NCBI GenBank assembly: GCA_963764325.1 | Contig: CAVXSE010000001.1 | Span: forward strand, 644,236-708,235 | From: an uncultured Solirubrobacterales bacterium | Lineage (GTDB): Bacteria > Actinomycetota > Thermoleophilia > Solirubrobacterales > Solirubrobacteraceae | Length of the DNA: 64,000 nt | Reading direction: 5' to 3' | Part shown: positions 54,036-64,000 of the stretch, piece after piece | Layout: each line of letters starts with the position of its first letter | Position numbering within the stretch: the first letter of the stretch is position 1 | The notes under the pieces: model-generated | Database searches by the model: none | What the model was told of the DNA's origin: nothing | Seen by the model: the letters and a program-made list of their open reading frames with translations, nothing else | Position numbers and translations under genes: made by a program

Positions 54036-55731
54036 GTGGACGACTGGCTACTGGAGGTGCCGCCGTGCCCGCCCGAGCAGGTGCTCGCGCTGCGCGAGCG
54101 CCTCTCCATCGGTGACGTGCTCGCGCAGATCCTCGTGCGCCGCGGGCTCGGCGCGCCGACCGCCGCCCGCGCCTTTCTCGACGCCCGCGAGCACTACGAG
54201 CCCGAGCAGTTCGCCGGCATCGAGGACGCCGTCGAGCAGCTCCTCGATCACGTCCGCGCCGGCCGGCGGATAACGATCCACGGCGACTACGACGCCGACG
54301 GCGTCTGCGCGACCGCTGTGCTTGTCCGTTCGCTGCGCCGTCTCGGCGCCGACGTCGACAGTTACATTCCCGACCGCGGCGACGGCTACGGGCTGGCCGC
54401 CGACACCGTGCGGGCGCTGGCGGCACGCGGCACCTCGCTGATCGTCACCGCGGACTGCGCGATCGGCGCCGTCGAGGAGGTGCGCCTGGCGCGCGACCTG
54501 GGCCTCGACGTGATCGTCACCGACCACCACGCGCCGTCCGCCCAGATCCCCGACGCACCGATCATCCATCCGGCTCTCTGCGGCTACCCGTTCACGGCGC
54601 TCTGCGGCACGGCCGTGGCCTACAAGTTCGCGCAGGCCGTCGAGAGTGAGTGCGGCATCGACCCCGCCGCGCGCCACGGTGATCTCGACCTCGTCGCGAT
54701 CGCGACGATCGCCGACGTCGTACCGCTGATCGGCGAGAACCGCACGCTGGTCCGCTACGGCTTGAGGGCCTTGGCGCGAACCGCGAAGCCGGGCCTGCGG
54801 GCCCTGATGGCCGGTCTCTCGCTCGACGCCACGCGCGTCAACGAGCGCGACGTCGCGTTCCGCATCGCGCCGCGATTGAACGCCGCGGGGCGCCTCTACC
54901 GCGCCGACGCGGCGCTCGAGCTGCTGCTCTGTGAAGAGCGCGAGCGCGCGATCGAGATCGCGCGCGAGCTCGACCGGGCGAACCACGAGCGGCGCGATAT
55001 CGAAAGCGGTCGTCTACCGCGAGGCCGCGGCGCGGCTTCGCGAGGCCGGCGACGCGGCGGGCTACGTGATCGCCGGCGAGGGCTGGCACGCGGGAGTCGT
55101 CGGCATCGTCGCCTCGCGCCTGGCCGAACGCTCCGGGCGCCCGGTGGTGCTGGTGGCGCTCGACGGCGACCGCGGCCGCGGATCGGGGCGCAGCGTCCCG
55201 GGGGTCGACCTGCTCGCCGCCCTGCGCGGCAGCGACGACCTGCTCTCCCGTTACGGCGGTCACGCCGGTGCGGCGGGCCTCGAGCTCCAGGCGGCCGACG
55301 TGCCGGCCTTCGCGGCGGCGTTCGCTGAGAGCGTCGCGGAGATCGCGGCAGAGGCGCCGCCGCACCACGTCGAGCGCGTCGACGCAGTGCTCGACGTCGC
55401 CGACATCGATCTCGCTCTGGCCGAGGAAATCTCGGCGCTCGCGCCGTTCGGCGAGGGCAACCCGGCGCCGTGCCTGCTGGTACGCGACGCGACGTTCGTC
55501 GATCCGCAGGAGATGGGGGAAGGCCGCCACCTGCGCTTCACCGTCGCCGCCCCGGGTGCGCGCGCGGGGGCCGTGGCGTTCGGCAGCCCGGCGCTGCCCG
55601 TCGCCGAGGGCGAGCCCGCGACGGCGACGTTCACACTCGAGCTCAACGAGTGGCGCGGTGTCGTCGAGCCGCGCCTCGTGCTGCGCCGCGCATCGCGCGC
55701 CGCAGCGCCTTTCGCGCGCGCCGCGGCCTGA
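54036..55731 (+). CDS. recJ: ssDNA exonuclease RecJ (frameshift near 55008)
   Basis: GDYDADG, DCA, TDHH, APRLNAAGR, GSGRS, GGH. Confidence 0.93.
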
Positions 55732-55771
55732 CGCCCTTCTATCCGCCGTCCCCAGGCCCTAACCTTGGGGC

Positions 55772-58060
55772 ATGGCGATCGCGGGCAAAACCGATCCTGC
55801 TGCCGCCGACCGCTCAGCGGCCGTCGAGCTACCGCTGAACGACGCCGAGCAGCAGCTGCTCGACGACCTCTACGCGGTCGTCGCCGAGCACGCCGCGGAG
55901 ACGACGATTCCGATCGATCGCCAGCGCGTGCGCGAAGCCTTCGTCTTCGCCTGCGAACACCACGCCGACCAGCGACGGATGTCGGGCGAGGAGTTCATCG
56001 TGCATCCCGTCGGCGTGGCGCGCATCTGCGCCTCGATGCGCCTGGACACCGACGCCCTCTGCGCGGCGCTGCTGCACGACATCGTGGAGGACACCTCGGC
56101 CTCGATCGAGGAGGTGCGCGAGCGCTTTGGCGACACGATCGCCGGCATCGTCGACGGCGTCACGAAGCTGACCGGGATCACGTTCACCTCGCGCGATGAG
56201 GCCCAGGCCGGCAACTTCCGCAAGATGATGGTCGCGATGGCCACGGACGTCCGGGTCATCCTGATCAAGCTCGCCGACCGCCTGCACAACATGCGCACGA
56301 TCGCTGCGATGCCGAAGGGCAAGCAGCTCGACAAGGCCCGCGAGACGCTCGACATCTACGCGCCGCTCGCGCACCGCCTCGGTATCCACGCCATCAAGTG
56401 GGAGCTCGAGGACCTCGCGTTCGCCACGCTGCACCCGCGCAAGTACCAGGAGATCAAGGCTCTCGTGGCCCAGCAGCGCGAGGAGCGCGAACGCTTCGTC
56501 CAGGAGGCCGGCGACTACCTGAAGTCCGAGCTGGCCGCGGTCGACGTGGGCGCCCAGATCTCCGGGCGCGCCAAGCACTTCTATTCGATCTACTCGAAGA
56601 TGACGCGCAAGGACCGGGAGTTCAACGAGATCTACGACCTCACCGCGATGCGCGTGATCGTCGACTCGGTCAGCGACTGCTACGGCGCGGTCGGCGTGAT
56701 CCACTCGCTCTGGAAGCCGCTGCCGGGCCGCTTCAAGGACTTCATCGCGATGCCGAAGTTCAACATGTACCAGTCGCTGCACACGACGGTGATCGGGCCC
56801 GAGGGACGGCCGCTGGAGATCCAGATCCGCACGCAGCAGATGCACGAGATGGCCGAGTTCGGCGTCGCCGCGCACTGGGCGTACAAGCAGCAGGCCGGCG
56901 AAGACTCCTGGGAGGCCGGCGAGGACGCCAAGCTCAAGTGGCTGCGCTCGATGATCGACTGGCAGAAGGAACTCTCCGACCCCGACGAGTTCATGCAGGG
57001 CCTGCGCACCGACCTCTTCGAGGAGGAGGTGTACGTCTTCACGCCCAAGGGCGAGGTCCGCTCGCTGGCCGCGGGCGCGACGCCGCTCGACTTCGCCTAC
57101 GAGGTGCACACCGAGATCGGGCACCGCTGCGTCGGCGCCCGCGTCAACGGGCGCATCGTGCCGCTCTCCTACGAGCTCGCGAGCGGCGACATCGTCGAAA
57201 TCCTCACCGCCAAGCGCGAGCGCGGACCCTCGCGCGACTGGCTCGCGGTCGTCAAGACGACGCGCGCCCGCAACAAGATCAAGGCCTGGCTGAAGGCCGA
57301 GTCGCGCGTCGACACCGAGCACGCGGGCCGCGAGCTGCTGCAGGAGCAGCTGCGCAAAGCCGGGCTGCCGGCTCAGAAGATCGCCGGCTCGGCGCTGCTC
57401 GCCGACGTGATCCGCGAAGTCGGCTTCCGCAAGGCCGACGACTTCTACATCGCGCTCGGCGGCGCCAAGGTCTCACCGAAGCTCGTCGTCAACAAGGTGA
57501 TGCAGCGCCTCAAGCAGGGCGAGGCGGCCGACGGAACAGAGCGCGCCGCGGAGGTGCTCGGCACGCGCCCGCGGCGGCGCAAGGGACGCAGCTCCGAGGC
57601 CTACGGGATCCACGTGGAGGGCGTCGACGAGGTGATGGTGCGCCTCGCCAAATGCTGCCTGCCGGTACCAGGCGACGACATCGTGGGCTACATCTCGCTG
57701 GGCCGCGGCATCACGATCCACCGCCGCGACTGCCCCAACACGGTTGCGCTGGCGCGCAACTCCGAGCGCTTCACGCCGGTCTCCTGGGAGAGCGAGCGCC
57801 AGAGCGCGTTCACGGTCGAGATCCAGGTCGACGCCTGGGATCGCCACCGCCTGCTCGAGGATCTCTCGCGCGCCTTCTCGGAGTCCGGCGCCAACATCGT
57901 GGAGGCGCGCTGCATGTCGATGCCGCCGATGGTCAAGAACCGCTTCGTGGTGGAGATAGCCGACACCCACTCGTTGAAGGGCGCGATCTCGCGCCTTCGC
58001 AACACGGAGTCGGTCTTCGACGCCTACCGCGTCACGCCCGGCGTCGTCGCGGCCGAGTAG
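55772..58060 (+). CDS. relA: Bifunctional (p)ppGpp synthetase/hydrolase
   Basis: LHDIVED, RFKD, YQSLHT, EIQIRT, TGS and ACT domains. Confidence 0.96.
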   Translation: MAIAGKTDPAAADRSAAVELPLNDAEQQLLDDLYAVVAEHAAETTIPIDRQRVREAFVFACEHHADQRRMSGEEFIVHPVGVARICASMRLDTDALCAALLHDIVEDTSASIEEVRERFGDTIAGIVDGVTKLTGITFTSRDEAQAGNFRKMMVAMATDVRVILIKLADRLHNMRTIAAMPKGKQLDKARETLDIYAPLAHRLGIHAIKWELEDLAFATLHPRKYQEIKALVAQQREERERFVQEAGDYLKSELAAVDVGAQISGRAKHFYSIYSKMTRKDREFNEIYDLTAMRVIVDSVSDCYGAVGVIHSLWKPLPGRFKDFIAMPKFNMYQSLHTTVIGPEGRPLEIQIRTQQMHEMAEFGVAAHWAYKQQAGEDSWEAGEDAKLKWLRSMIDWQKELSDPDEFMQGLRTDLFEEEVYVFTPKGEVRSLAAGATPLDFAYEVHTEIGHRCVGARVNGRIVPLSYELASGDIVEILTAKRERGPSRDWLAVVKTTRARNKIKAWLKAESRVDTEHAGRELLQEQLRKAGLPAQKIAGSALLADVIREVGFRKADDFYIALGGAKVSPKLVVNKVMQRLKQGEAADGTERAAEVLGTRPRRRKGRSSEAYGIHVEGVDEVMVRLAKCCLPVPGDDIVGYISLGRGITIHRRDCPNTVALARNSERFTPVSWESERQSAFTVEIQVDAWDRHRLLEDLSRAFSESGANIVEARCMSMPPMVKNRFVVEIADTHSLKGAISRLRNTESVFDAYRVTPGVVAAE

Positions 58061-58064
58061 CCGC

Positions 58065-59000
58065 TCAGCTGATCACCGAGAGCGATTCGGGGAGCACCGT
58101 GAACTCCGCGCGCTGCACGGCGCCCAGATAGTCACCGTCGGCCTGCAGCGGCAGCGGCCGGCCGTCCACGCTCTCGATCGTCAGCGACGCGGTCGGCCCG
58201 ATCGAGCTGACACGCCGGTGGTCCGTGACGTTGGCGCGCGAGGAGATCGCGCGGCGCGCGACGCTCGGGAGCGTCAGCGCCGAAGCGGAGTGCAGCACGC
58301 CACCGGAGAGACGCCCCGAGCGAAGGTCCTCCTGGCGCGCGACGTCGATCGGACGTCCACCGAAGAACGTGTAGGGACGCCCGTTCTGGATGATCGCGGT
58401 GATGCCCTGGACGCGCTCGCCGCCGGCGTGGACGTCGAAGCGGGGTGCGCCGCGCCGCACGTAGCGTCGTACGGCCGTGCCGACCGCGACGGCGGAGAAG
58501 AACCACGGCCCGAAGCGCGCCTTCAGGTGCGGCCGGGCGTCGACGCGCTCGACGACCGAGGCGTCCAGGCCGACGCCCGCGCAGAACGCGAAGAGCCGCT
58601 CGTTGACGCGGCCGACGTCGACGCGGCGGGGGCGAAAGTCGTCGGCCACGGCGAGCGCACGGGCCGTCGCGTCGACGAGGTCGCCCGGCAGGCCGAGCAT
58701 CTTGGAGTAGACGTTCGCCGACCCGGCCGGCAGCGCGAGCAGCGGCGTCTGGCCGCCGTGCAGACCGTTGACGGCTTCGTTGACGGTGCCGTCGCCGCCG
58801 AGCGTCACCAGCATCTCGTAGCCGCCGTCGCGCACCGCGTCGGCCGCGAGCTCGCGGCCGTGGCCCTGCGCCTCGGTCTGTGCTTCGCGGACCTCGTAGC
58901 GCCGCGCCAGCGCGCCGCGCACCAGTTCGCGCACGCGGCGGTCGACGAGCGAGGCGTGCGGGTTCACGACGAGCAGGATCCTTCTGCGCCTCTCGCTCAA
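58065..59000 (-). CDS. Diacylglycerol kinase-family lipid kinase
   Basis: VNPHAS, GGDGTVNE, PAGSAN, QADGD. Confidence 0.9.
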   Translation of the reverse strand: MSERRRRILLVVNPHASLVDRRVRELVRGALARRYEVREAQTEAQGHGRELAADAVRDGGYEMLVTLGGDGTVNEAVNGLHGGQTPLLALPAGSANVYSKMLGLPGDLVDATARALAVADDFRPRRVDVGRVNERLFAFCAGVGLDASVVERVDARPHLKARFGPWFFSAVAVGTAVRRYVRRGAPRFDVHAGGERVQGITAIIQNGRPYTFFGGRPIDVARQEDLRSGRLSGGVLHSASALTLPSVARRAISSRANVTDHRRVSSIGPTASLTIESVDGRPLPLQADGDYLGAVQRAEFTVLPESLSVIS

Positions 59001-59064
59001 GACGGCCTGCCTTCCGTTGCAGTCTTCCGCCGCATCTGCTGTATTATCGACCCTACATAGCTGG

Positions 59065-59158
59065 ACACATCCAGAGGGGTGAAGGGACTGGCCCGTTGAA
59101 ACCCCGGCAACCACCGTTACTGCCACAGCGGGAAGGTGCCAATTCCAGAGAGATGTGT
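59065..59158 (+). ncRNA. SAM-I (S-box) riboswitch aptamer, P4 absent
   Basis: P1 ACACATC/GATGTGT; ATCCAGAG, GGGACTGGCCC, GGCAACC, GGTGCCAATTCC consensus blocks. Confidence 0.9.
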
Positions 59159-59216
59159 GGCGAGCTTCGGCTCTTCGCCACACCGGTGGCGCGGCGAAGA
59201 CCAAGGAGCGAATGCT

Positions 59217-60478
59217 ATGGCGGTGAGTCATCTGCAGTGCAAAGAGTGCGGCGCGAGCTATCCGTTGGAGGCGGTTTACGTCTGCGAGGAGTGCTTCGGG
59301 CCGCTGGAGGTCGCGTACCAGGCGCGCGAGCTGGAGCAGGACATCGGCGAGCTGCGCCGGCGAGATCATGAGCGGACCGCAGAACATCTGGCGTTACGCC
59401 GATTTCCTGCCGCTCGTCGACGGACCCCCCGCACCGTCGGTGCGCCGCGCGAGCCGCGTCGGGCTCTCACCGGGCTGCACGCCGCTGATCTGCGCCGACC
59501 GACTGGCTGAGGAGCTCGGCCTGCGCGAGGTGTGGGTCAAGAACGACGCCGCGAACCCGACCCACTCCTTCAAGGACCGCGTCGTGTCGGTGGCCGTGGC
59601 GCGGGCGCGCGAGCTCGGCTACGAGACGATCGCCTGCGCCTCGACCGGGAACCTCGCGAACTCCGTGGCCGCGCACGCCGCCGCGATGGGCCTGGAGGCC
59701 TACATCTTCATCCCCGCGGACCTCGAGGAGCAGAAGATCCTCGGCACCGGTGTCTACGGGGCGAACGTGATCGGCGTGGAGGGCAGCTACGACGACGTGA
59801 ACCGCCTCTGCACCGAAGTCAGCGCGGAACGTGACTGGGCGTTCGTGAACATCAACATGAGGCCCTACTACGCCGAGGGATCGAAGACCCTCGCGTACGA
59901 GATCGCCGAGCAGCTCGGTTGGCAGGCGCCGGACCGCTGCGTCGTCCCGATCGCGTCGGGCTCGCTCTTCACGAAGATCGCGAAGGGCTTCTCCGAGTGG
60001 GCTGAGCTCGGCCTGATCGAGAGCTCCGGCGTCCGCATGTCAGGCGCCCAGGCCGCAGGCTGCGCCCCGGTCGCCGAACGCATACGCCGAAGGCCACGAC
60101 GTCTGCCGTCCCGTGCGGCCGGACACGATCGCCAAGTCGCTCGCGATCGGCAACCCCGCCGACGGGCCCTACGCGCTGGAGCTCGCCCGAACCAGTGGCG
60201 GCTCCGTGGACAGCGTCAGCGACGAGGAGATCCGGGAAGGCATCTCGCTGCTGGCCCGCACGACCGGGGTCTTCACGGAGACCGCGGGCGGCGTCACGAC
60301 GGCCACGCTTGCCAAGCTCGCGCGCCGCGGTGACATCGGGCCTGACGAGCGCGTCGTGCTGGTCATCACGGGCGACGGTCTGAAGACGCTCGACGCCGTG
60401 CGCGGCTCGTTCGAGGTCACGACGATCGAGCCCTCGCTGGCCGCGTTCGAGGCCTCCACGGTGACCGCCGTCGCCTGA
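59217..60478 (+). CDS. Threonine synthase-like PLP enzyme (possible O-phosphohomoserine sulfhydrylase); frameshifts near 59362, 60082
   Basis: CxxC..CxxC N-terminus, NPTHSFKDR, ASTGN, EGSKT, ITGDGLK. Confidence 0.88.
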
Positions 60479-60750
60479 TGGTCACGGTCAAGATCCCCAC
60501 GCAGCTGCGCTCAGCGTCGGAGGGGCAGGCCGAAGCGGAGGTCGACGGCGAGAACGTGCAGGAGGTGCTGGAGTCGCTCTTCGATCGCTTCGGCGAGCTG
60601 CGCAGCCGCCTCGCCGACGATGACGGATCGCTGCGCCGCTTCGTGAACATCTACGTCGCGGGCGAGGACATCCGCTTCCTGTCGGGCCTGGCGACGCCGG
60701 TCGACGACGGCACGGAGGTCACGATCCTGCCGGCCGTCGCCGGCGGCTGA
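60478..60750 (+). CDS. MoaD/ThiS/CysO-type sulfur-carrier protein
   Basis: 90 aa ubiquitin-like, ends PAVAGG; TGATG coupling to upstream gene. Confidence 0.93.
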   Translation: MVTVKIPTQLRSASEGQAEAEVDGENVQEVLESLFDRFGELRSRLADDDGSLRRFVNIYVAGEDIRFLSGLATPVDDGTEVTILPAVAGG

Positions 60751-60753
60751 GCG

Positions 60754-60972
60754 TCAGCGCCGCGCCGGCGCCGCGTGGTGGGCGACTGCCGCGTGGGCGG
60801 GCGCCGTCGAGCCGCTCATTCCGATCGTCGAGACGAGCCCCGCGCAGATCATGATCGCCACGGTCACGCCGCGTAGGCGGCGCGGCGTAAGCCAGCTGAT
60901 GTTCTGGCACTGGAGCCATGAACGCGCTCCGCTGGCGGCCGAGGCAGCGGCCATTGCGCAGCCTGCACACAT
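60754..60972 (-). CDS. Small single-TM protein with N-terminal CxxC
   Basis: TACGAT-N6-ATG leaderless promoter; MCAGC...; hydrophobic helix. Confidence 0.55.
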   Translation of the reverse strand: MCAGCAMAAASAASGARSWLQCQNISWLTPRRLRGVTVAIMICAGLVSTIGMSGSTAPAHAAVAHHAAPARR

Positions 60973-61101
60973 GGCCAAATCGTAGCGCGCCGCGGGCCGG
61001 ACACGCCGGGTTTACGGCGCATCGAGGCGGTGATAGGATCGCCGCCTCCGGGGATGGGAACAATCCGTCGCGCTGGAGGCGCGGCGAGGGGAGGGGGAGC
61101 G

Positions 61102-63624
61102 ATGCTCGGACGTATTGCGCTTTGGACAGGGAGCGTTCGCGGACGCGGACTGCACCTGATCGGTGCCGGCGCTCTCGCCGGAACAGCGGCTTTGGCGCTC
61201 GCGGCTAGCACTGCGGCAGCGAGCGAAGGGGAATACGGCGACCAGTCGGGCGGCGCCTACCAGATCCTTGCGCCCGGTGAGGAAGGCGGCTTTGCGGCCG
61301 GACCGGACTCCACGAATCAGGGCGAACTTTATAACAAGCTCACCCAGCTCCAGGGCAATGTCACGGCCAAGGAGATCAAGAAGTACTACCTCTCCGAGAA
61401 GTTCGGCGTCCAGGGCCCGATCGTGCGCACCGAGACCCCGATCCCGGGGCTGAAAATCGAGCGCGACTCCAACGACATCCCTCACATCTTCGGCGAAACA
61501 CGGGCCGAGGCGATGTACGGATCGGGCTACGTCGCGGCCGAGGACCGCGGGCTTCTGCTGCAGCTCGGACTCGGGCCCGCCTTCGCCGCCGCGCTCGGGA
61601 TCCCGGGCGTCAACCCCTTCGGTCTGCTGCTCGAACAGCGCTCGTTCACGCCGAGCCCCGAGGCGGAATCGTACGTCTCCGGGCAGCGGGCAGTGCTGGA
61701 AAAAGAAGGCACCGAGGGCAAACAGGTCATCAGCGACCTCGAAAACTGGGCCAAAGGCGTCAACGGCTACGAGGCGACGCTGCCGGAAGCCGACCGGCTG
61801 CCGGAAGTGACCCTGACCGACGCCATCGCGGGGTTCGCGTTCATCGGCTCGATCTTCGGTAACGGAGGCGGCCAGGAAGTGCAGAACGCGGAATTCCTCT
61901 CGCGCCTGGAGAAACTCCACGGCGAAACCGAAGGCAAGGAAATCTTCAAGGACCTGCGCGAGGTGAACGACCCCGAAGCGCCGACCACGGCAAAAGCCGA
62001 ATTCCCGTACGACCTCGAACCGAGCGGTGAAACGCCCGGATCGCCGCTCGTCGAAACGGGCTCCTCGAGCCCCGCGGCACGCGCCGCGGCGACGGACCTG
62101 AAGGCATCGCGCCGGAAGGCTTCGAACTTCCTGCTCGTCGGCTCGCAGGACACGGCGAGCGGCAACCCGCTGGCCGTGATGGGTCCGCAGCTCGGCTACT
62201 TCTACCCGGAGATCGTGATGCAGGGCGAACTGCACGCGCCGGGCCTTGACGCCGAGGGCGTCATCGCGCCGATCTCGCCGTACGTCTTCATCGGCCGCGG
62301 CAAGGACTTCGCGTGGTCGCTGACGAGCGAGACCGGGCAAAACACGATGCAGTTCCTGGACAAGCTCTGCAACCCGGAAGGGCCGGTCACCGAAGAAACC
62401 GACTCCTACGAATACGAAGGAAACTGCGTGCCGTTCAACAACTTCAACGCCGGCTACATCGGCGCGGGCAACGGCGAACCGGCGCACGAGGTGTACTTCA
62501 AAGAAAGCGTCCAGGGACCGATCAGCGGCACCGTCCGCGTCCATGGCGAACTGTACGCAGTGGCCAACGACCGCTCGACGCGCGGCCGCGAGCCGGCGGG
62601 CGAGATCGCGTTCAGCGAGCTGGACAGCGACGAAGTCCACAGCCCGCAGGAGTTCTTCAACGCGGCGAACCACCTCGAGACGACGTTCAACATGGCGTAC
62701 GTCAACTCGAAGCACATCGCGTTCTTCTCGACGGGGCGCCTGCCGAAGGTCGCGCCGGGTACGAACCCGTCGCTGCCGACGCTGGGCAACGGCGAATACG
62801 AATGGCGCGGCTTCATCGACCAGGAAGAACACCCGCACGAAGTCGACCCGGCGTCGGGAACGCTGCTGAACTGGAACAACAAGCCCGCTCCGGGCTGGGG
62901 CGCGGCCTCCAACGAATGGTCGTGGGGCCCGCTGCAGCGCGTCCAGATGTACAAAGGGTTCGGACCGGGCATGACCGAGGCCAGCGACGTCTCGATCATG
63001 AACAAGGCGGCGACCGAGGACTTCCGCGCGGAGTTCGTGTGGCCGCTGATCGAGAAGGTCCTGGCGAAAGGCTCGCCGACGAGCAAACTGGCCGAAGAAG
63101 CCGTCAGCGAGGTCAACTCGTGGGCCGCTTCGGGCGGCAGTCTACTCGGGACCAACAGGCCCAAAGCGCCGGCAGCTGCGGTCATCGAGAAGGTCTTCGA
63201 ACCGATCGCTGAAGCCGTCCTGCGGCCCGTCCTCGGCGAACAGATCGGGGAACTGAAGGGCCTCTCCGGCGTCGACAACGGCCCGAACTCGGGCGGCTCC
63301 TCGTTCGGCGGAGGCTGGTACGGCTACGTCTACAAGGACCTCAAGACGCTGCTCGGTGAAGAAGCCGTCGACGGACCCTACAGCCGCCCGTACTGCGGCG
63401 CGGGCAGTGTCTCGGCGTGTTCGGCCTCGCTCTGGAGCGCGATCCAGAAAGGCGTCGAAGAACTGAGCAAAGAACAGAAAACGAGCGAAATCGCGCGCTG
63501 GAAGGCGCCGAAGGTGAGGATCACCTTCCCGCCCGGCTTGATCCCGCAGTATTCGATGCGCTGGACCAACCGGTCGACCTTCCAGCAGGTCATCGAATTC
63601 ACCGGCGAAGCGCCGGAAGAATAG
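61102..63624 (+). CDS. Secreted penicillin acylase-family Ntn hydrolase
   Basis: RDSNDIPHIFG, AEDR, beta-subunit start SNFLLV, GPQLG, NWNNKP. Confidence 0.9.
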   Translation: MLGRIALWTGSVRGRGLHLIGAGALAGTAALALAASTAAASEGEYGDQSGGAYQILAPGEEGGFAAGPDSTNQGELYNKLTQLQGNVTAKEIKKYYLSEKFGVQGPIVRTETPIPGLKIERDSNDIPHIFGETRAEAMYGSGYVAAEDRGLLLQLGLGPAFAAALGIPGVNPFGLLLEQRSFTPSPEAESYVSGQRAVLEKEGTEGKQVISDLENWAKGVNGYEATLPEADRLPEVTLTDAIAGFAFIGSIFGNGGGQEVQNAEFLSRLEKLHGETEGKEIFKDLREVNDPEAPTTAKAEFPYDLEPSGETPGSPLVETGSSSPAARAAATDLKASRRKASNFLLVGSQDTASGNPLAVMGPQLGYFYPEIVMQGELHAPGLDAEGVIAPISPYVFIGRGKDFAWSLTSETGQNTMQFLDKLCNPEGPVTEETDSYEYEGNCVPFNNFNAGYIGAGNGEPAHEVYFKESVQGPISGTVRVHGELYAVANDRSTRGREPAGEIAFSELDSDEVHSPQEFFNAANHLETTFNMAYVNSKHIAFFSTGRLPKVAPGTNPSLPTLGNGEYEWRGFIDQEEHPHEVDPASGTLLNWNNKPAPGWGAASNEWSWGPLQRVQMYKGFGPGMTEASDVSIMNKAATEDFRAEFVWPLIEKVLAKGSPTSKLAEEAVSEVNSWAASGGSLLGTNRPKAPAAAVIEKVFEPIAEAVLRPVLGEQIGELKGLSGVDNGPNSGGSSFGGGWYGYVYKDLKTLLGEEAVDGPYSRPYCGAGSVSACSASLWSAIQKGVEELSKEQKTSEIARWKAPKVRITFPPGLIPQYSMRWTNRSTFQQVIEFTGEAPEE

Positions 63625-63636
63625 GAACGGCGGTGA

Positions 63637-63664
63637 ACGGGGGCGCCCGTGCGGGCGCCCCCGT
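63637..63664. terminator. GC-rich hairpin between convergent genes
   Basis: ACGGGGGCGCCC-GTGC-GGGCGCCCCCGT. Confidence 0.7.
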
Positions 63665-63669
63665 CCGCC

Positions 63670-64000
63670 TCAGGCTGCCGCCGGGATCTGGAAGCTCACG
63701 CCGGTGAGCTCTTCAGAGAGGGTCCAGAGGCGGGCCGCGTCCTCGGCGTTACGTGCCGCGCCGCTGGCGCCGACGACGCGCGGGTAGCCGCGGAATTCGC
63801 CGGGGCCGTCGGGGCCGAAGTACTCGCCCGAGTAGACGCCGGGCGCCGTCGCGGCGTAGAGCTCGGGCAGCGCACCCTGATCGGCACTCTGCGCGACGAG
63901 CGCGTTCATGACGGTCATGACGGCGCGGTCGAGGGCCGGTGGCGCGGAGGTCTGCAGGTTCGTCGCGGCGTAGCCGGGATGTGCGGCGAGGCTCTTGATC
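63670..64000 (-). CDS. SDR oxidoreductase, C-terminal part (5' end off window)
   Basis: AAHPGYAATNL, GALPELYAAT, YFGPDG, ARLWTLSEELTG. Confidence 0.88.
   Translation of the reverse strand, partial: IKSLAAHPGYAATNLQTSAPPALDRAVMTVMNALVAQSADQGALPELYAATAPGVYSGEYFGPDGPGEFRGYPRVVGASGAARNAEDAARLWTLSEELTGVSFQIPAAA

Overview
High-GC actinobacterial chromosome segment. Gene content and style (F420 enzymes, pdxS/T-yebC-ruvCAB-secDF-recJ-rel order, many leaderless genes) suggest Thermoleophilia/Solirubrobacterales; this is inference. Many genes are split by single-base indels, densest at about 33.9-44.3 kb, which looks like unpolished long-read error and not real pseudogenisation. Main regions: (1) a tRNA-Ile2(CAU) at 3404-3476 followed by a 1.09-kb integrase-less element with a 44-bp tRNA 3'-end duplication and paired arm-type-like repeats, then an accessory stretch (DUF4160/DUF2442 pair, a GNAT gene between two ~116-bp direct repeats, oxidoreductase, HAD, DHFR-like, MBL, RCC1 proteins); (2) metabolic and signalling genes, including two GGDEF proteins and a BVMO; (3) a copper locus at 23.8-28.9 kb: a CopA-type ATPase with an extra C-terminal extracytoplasmic domain, a Met/His-rich membrane protein, a two-TM leader ORF ending in a RAPP arrest-like motif, a polytopic membrane protein and CopZ; (4) core genes, with a Zn-ribbon-PAS protein where yajC usually sits; (5) a SAM-I riboswitch lacking P4, upstream of a threonine-synthase-like enzyme and a sulfur-carrier protein. 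Best candidates for undescribed biology: the tRNA-targeted mini-cassette plus repeat-bounded cassette, and the RAPP-leader copper locus.
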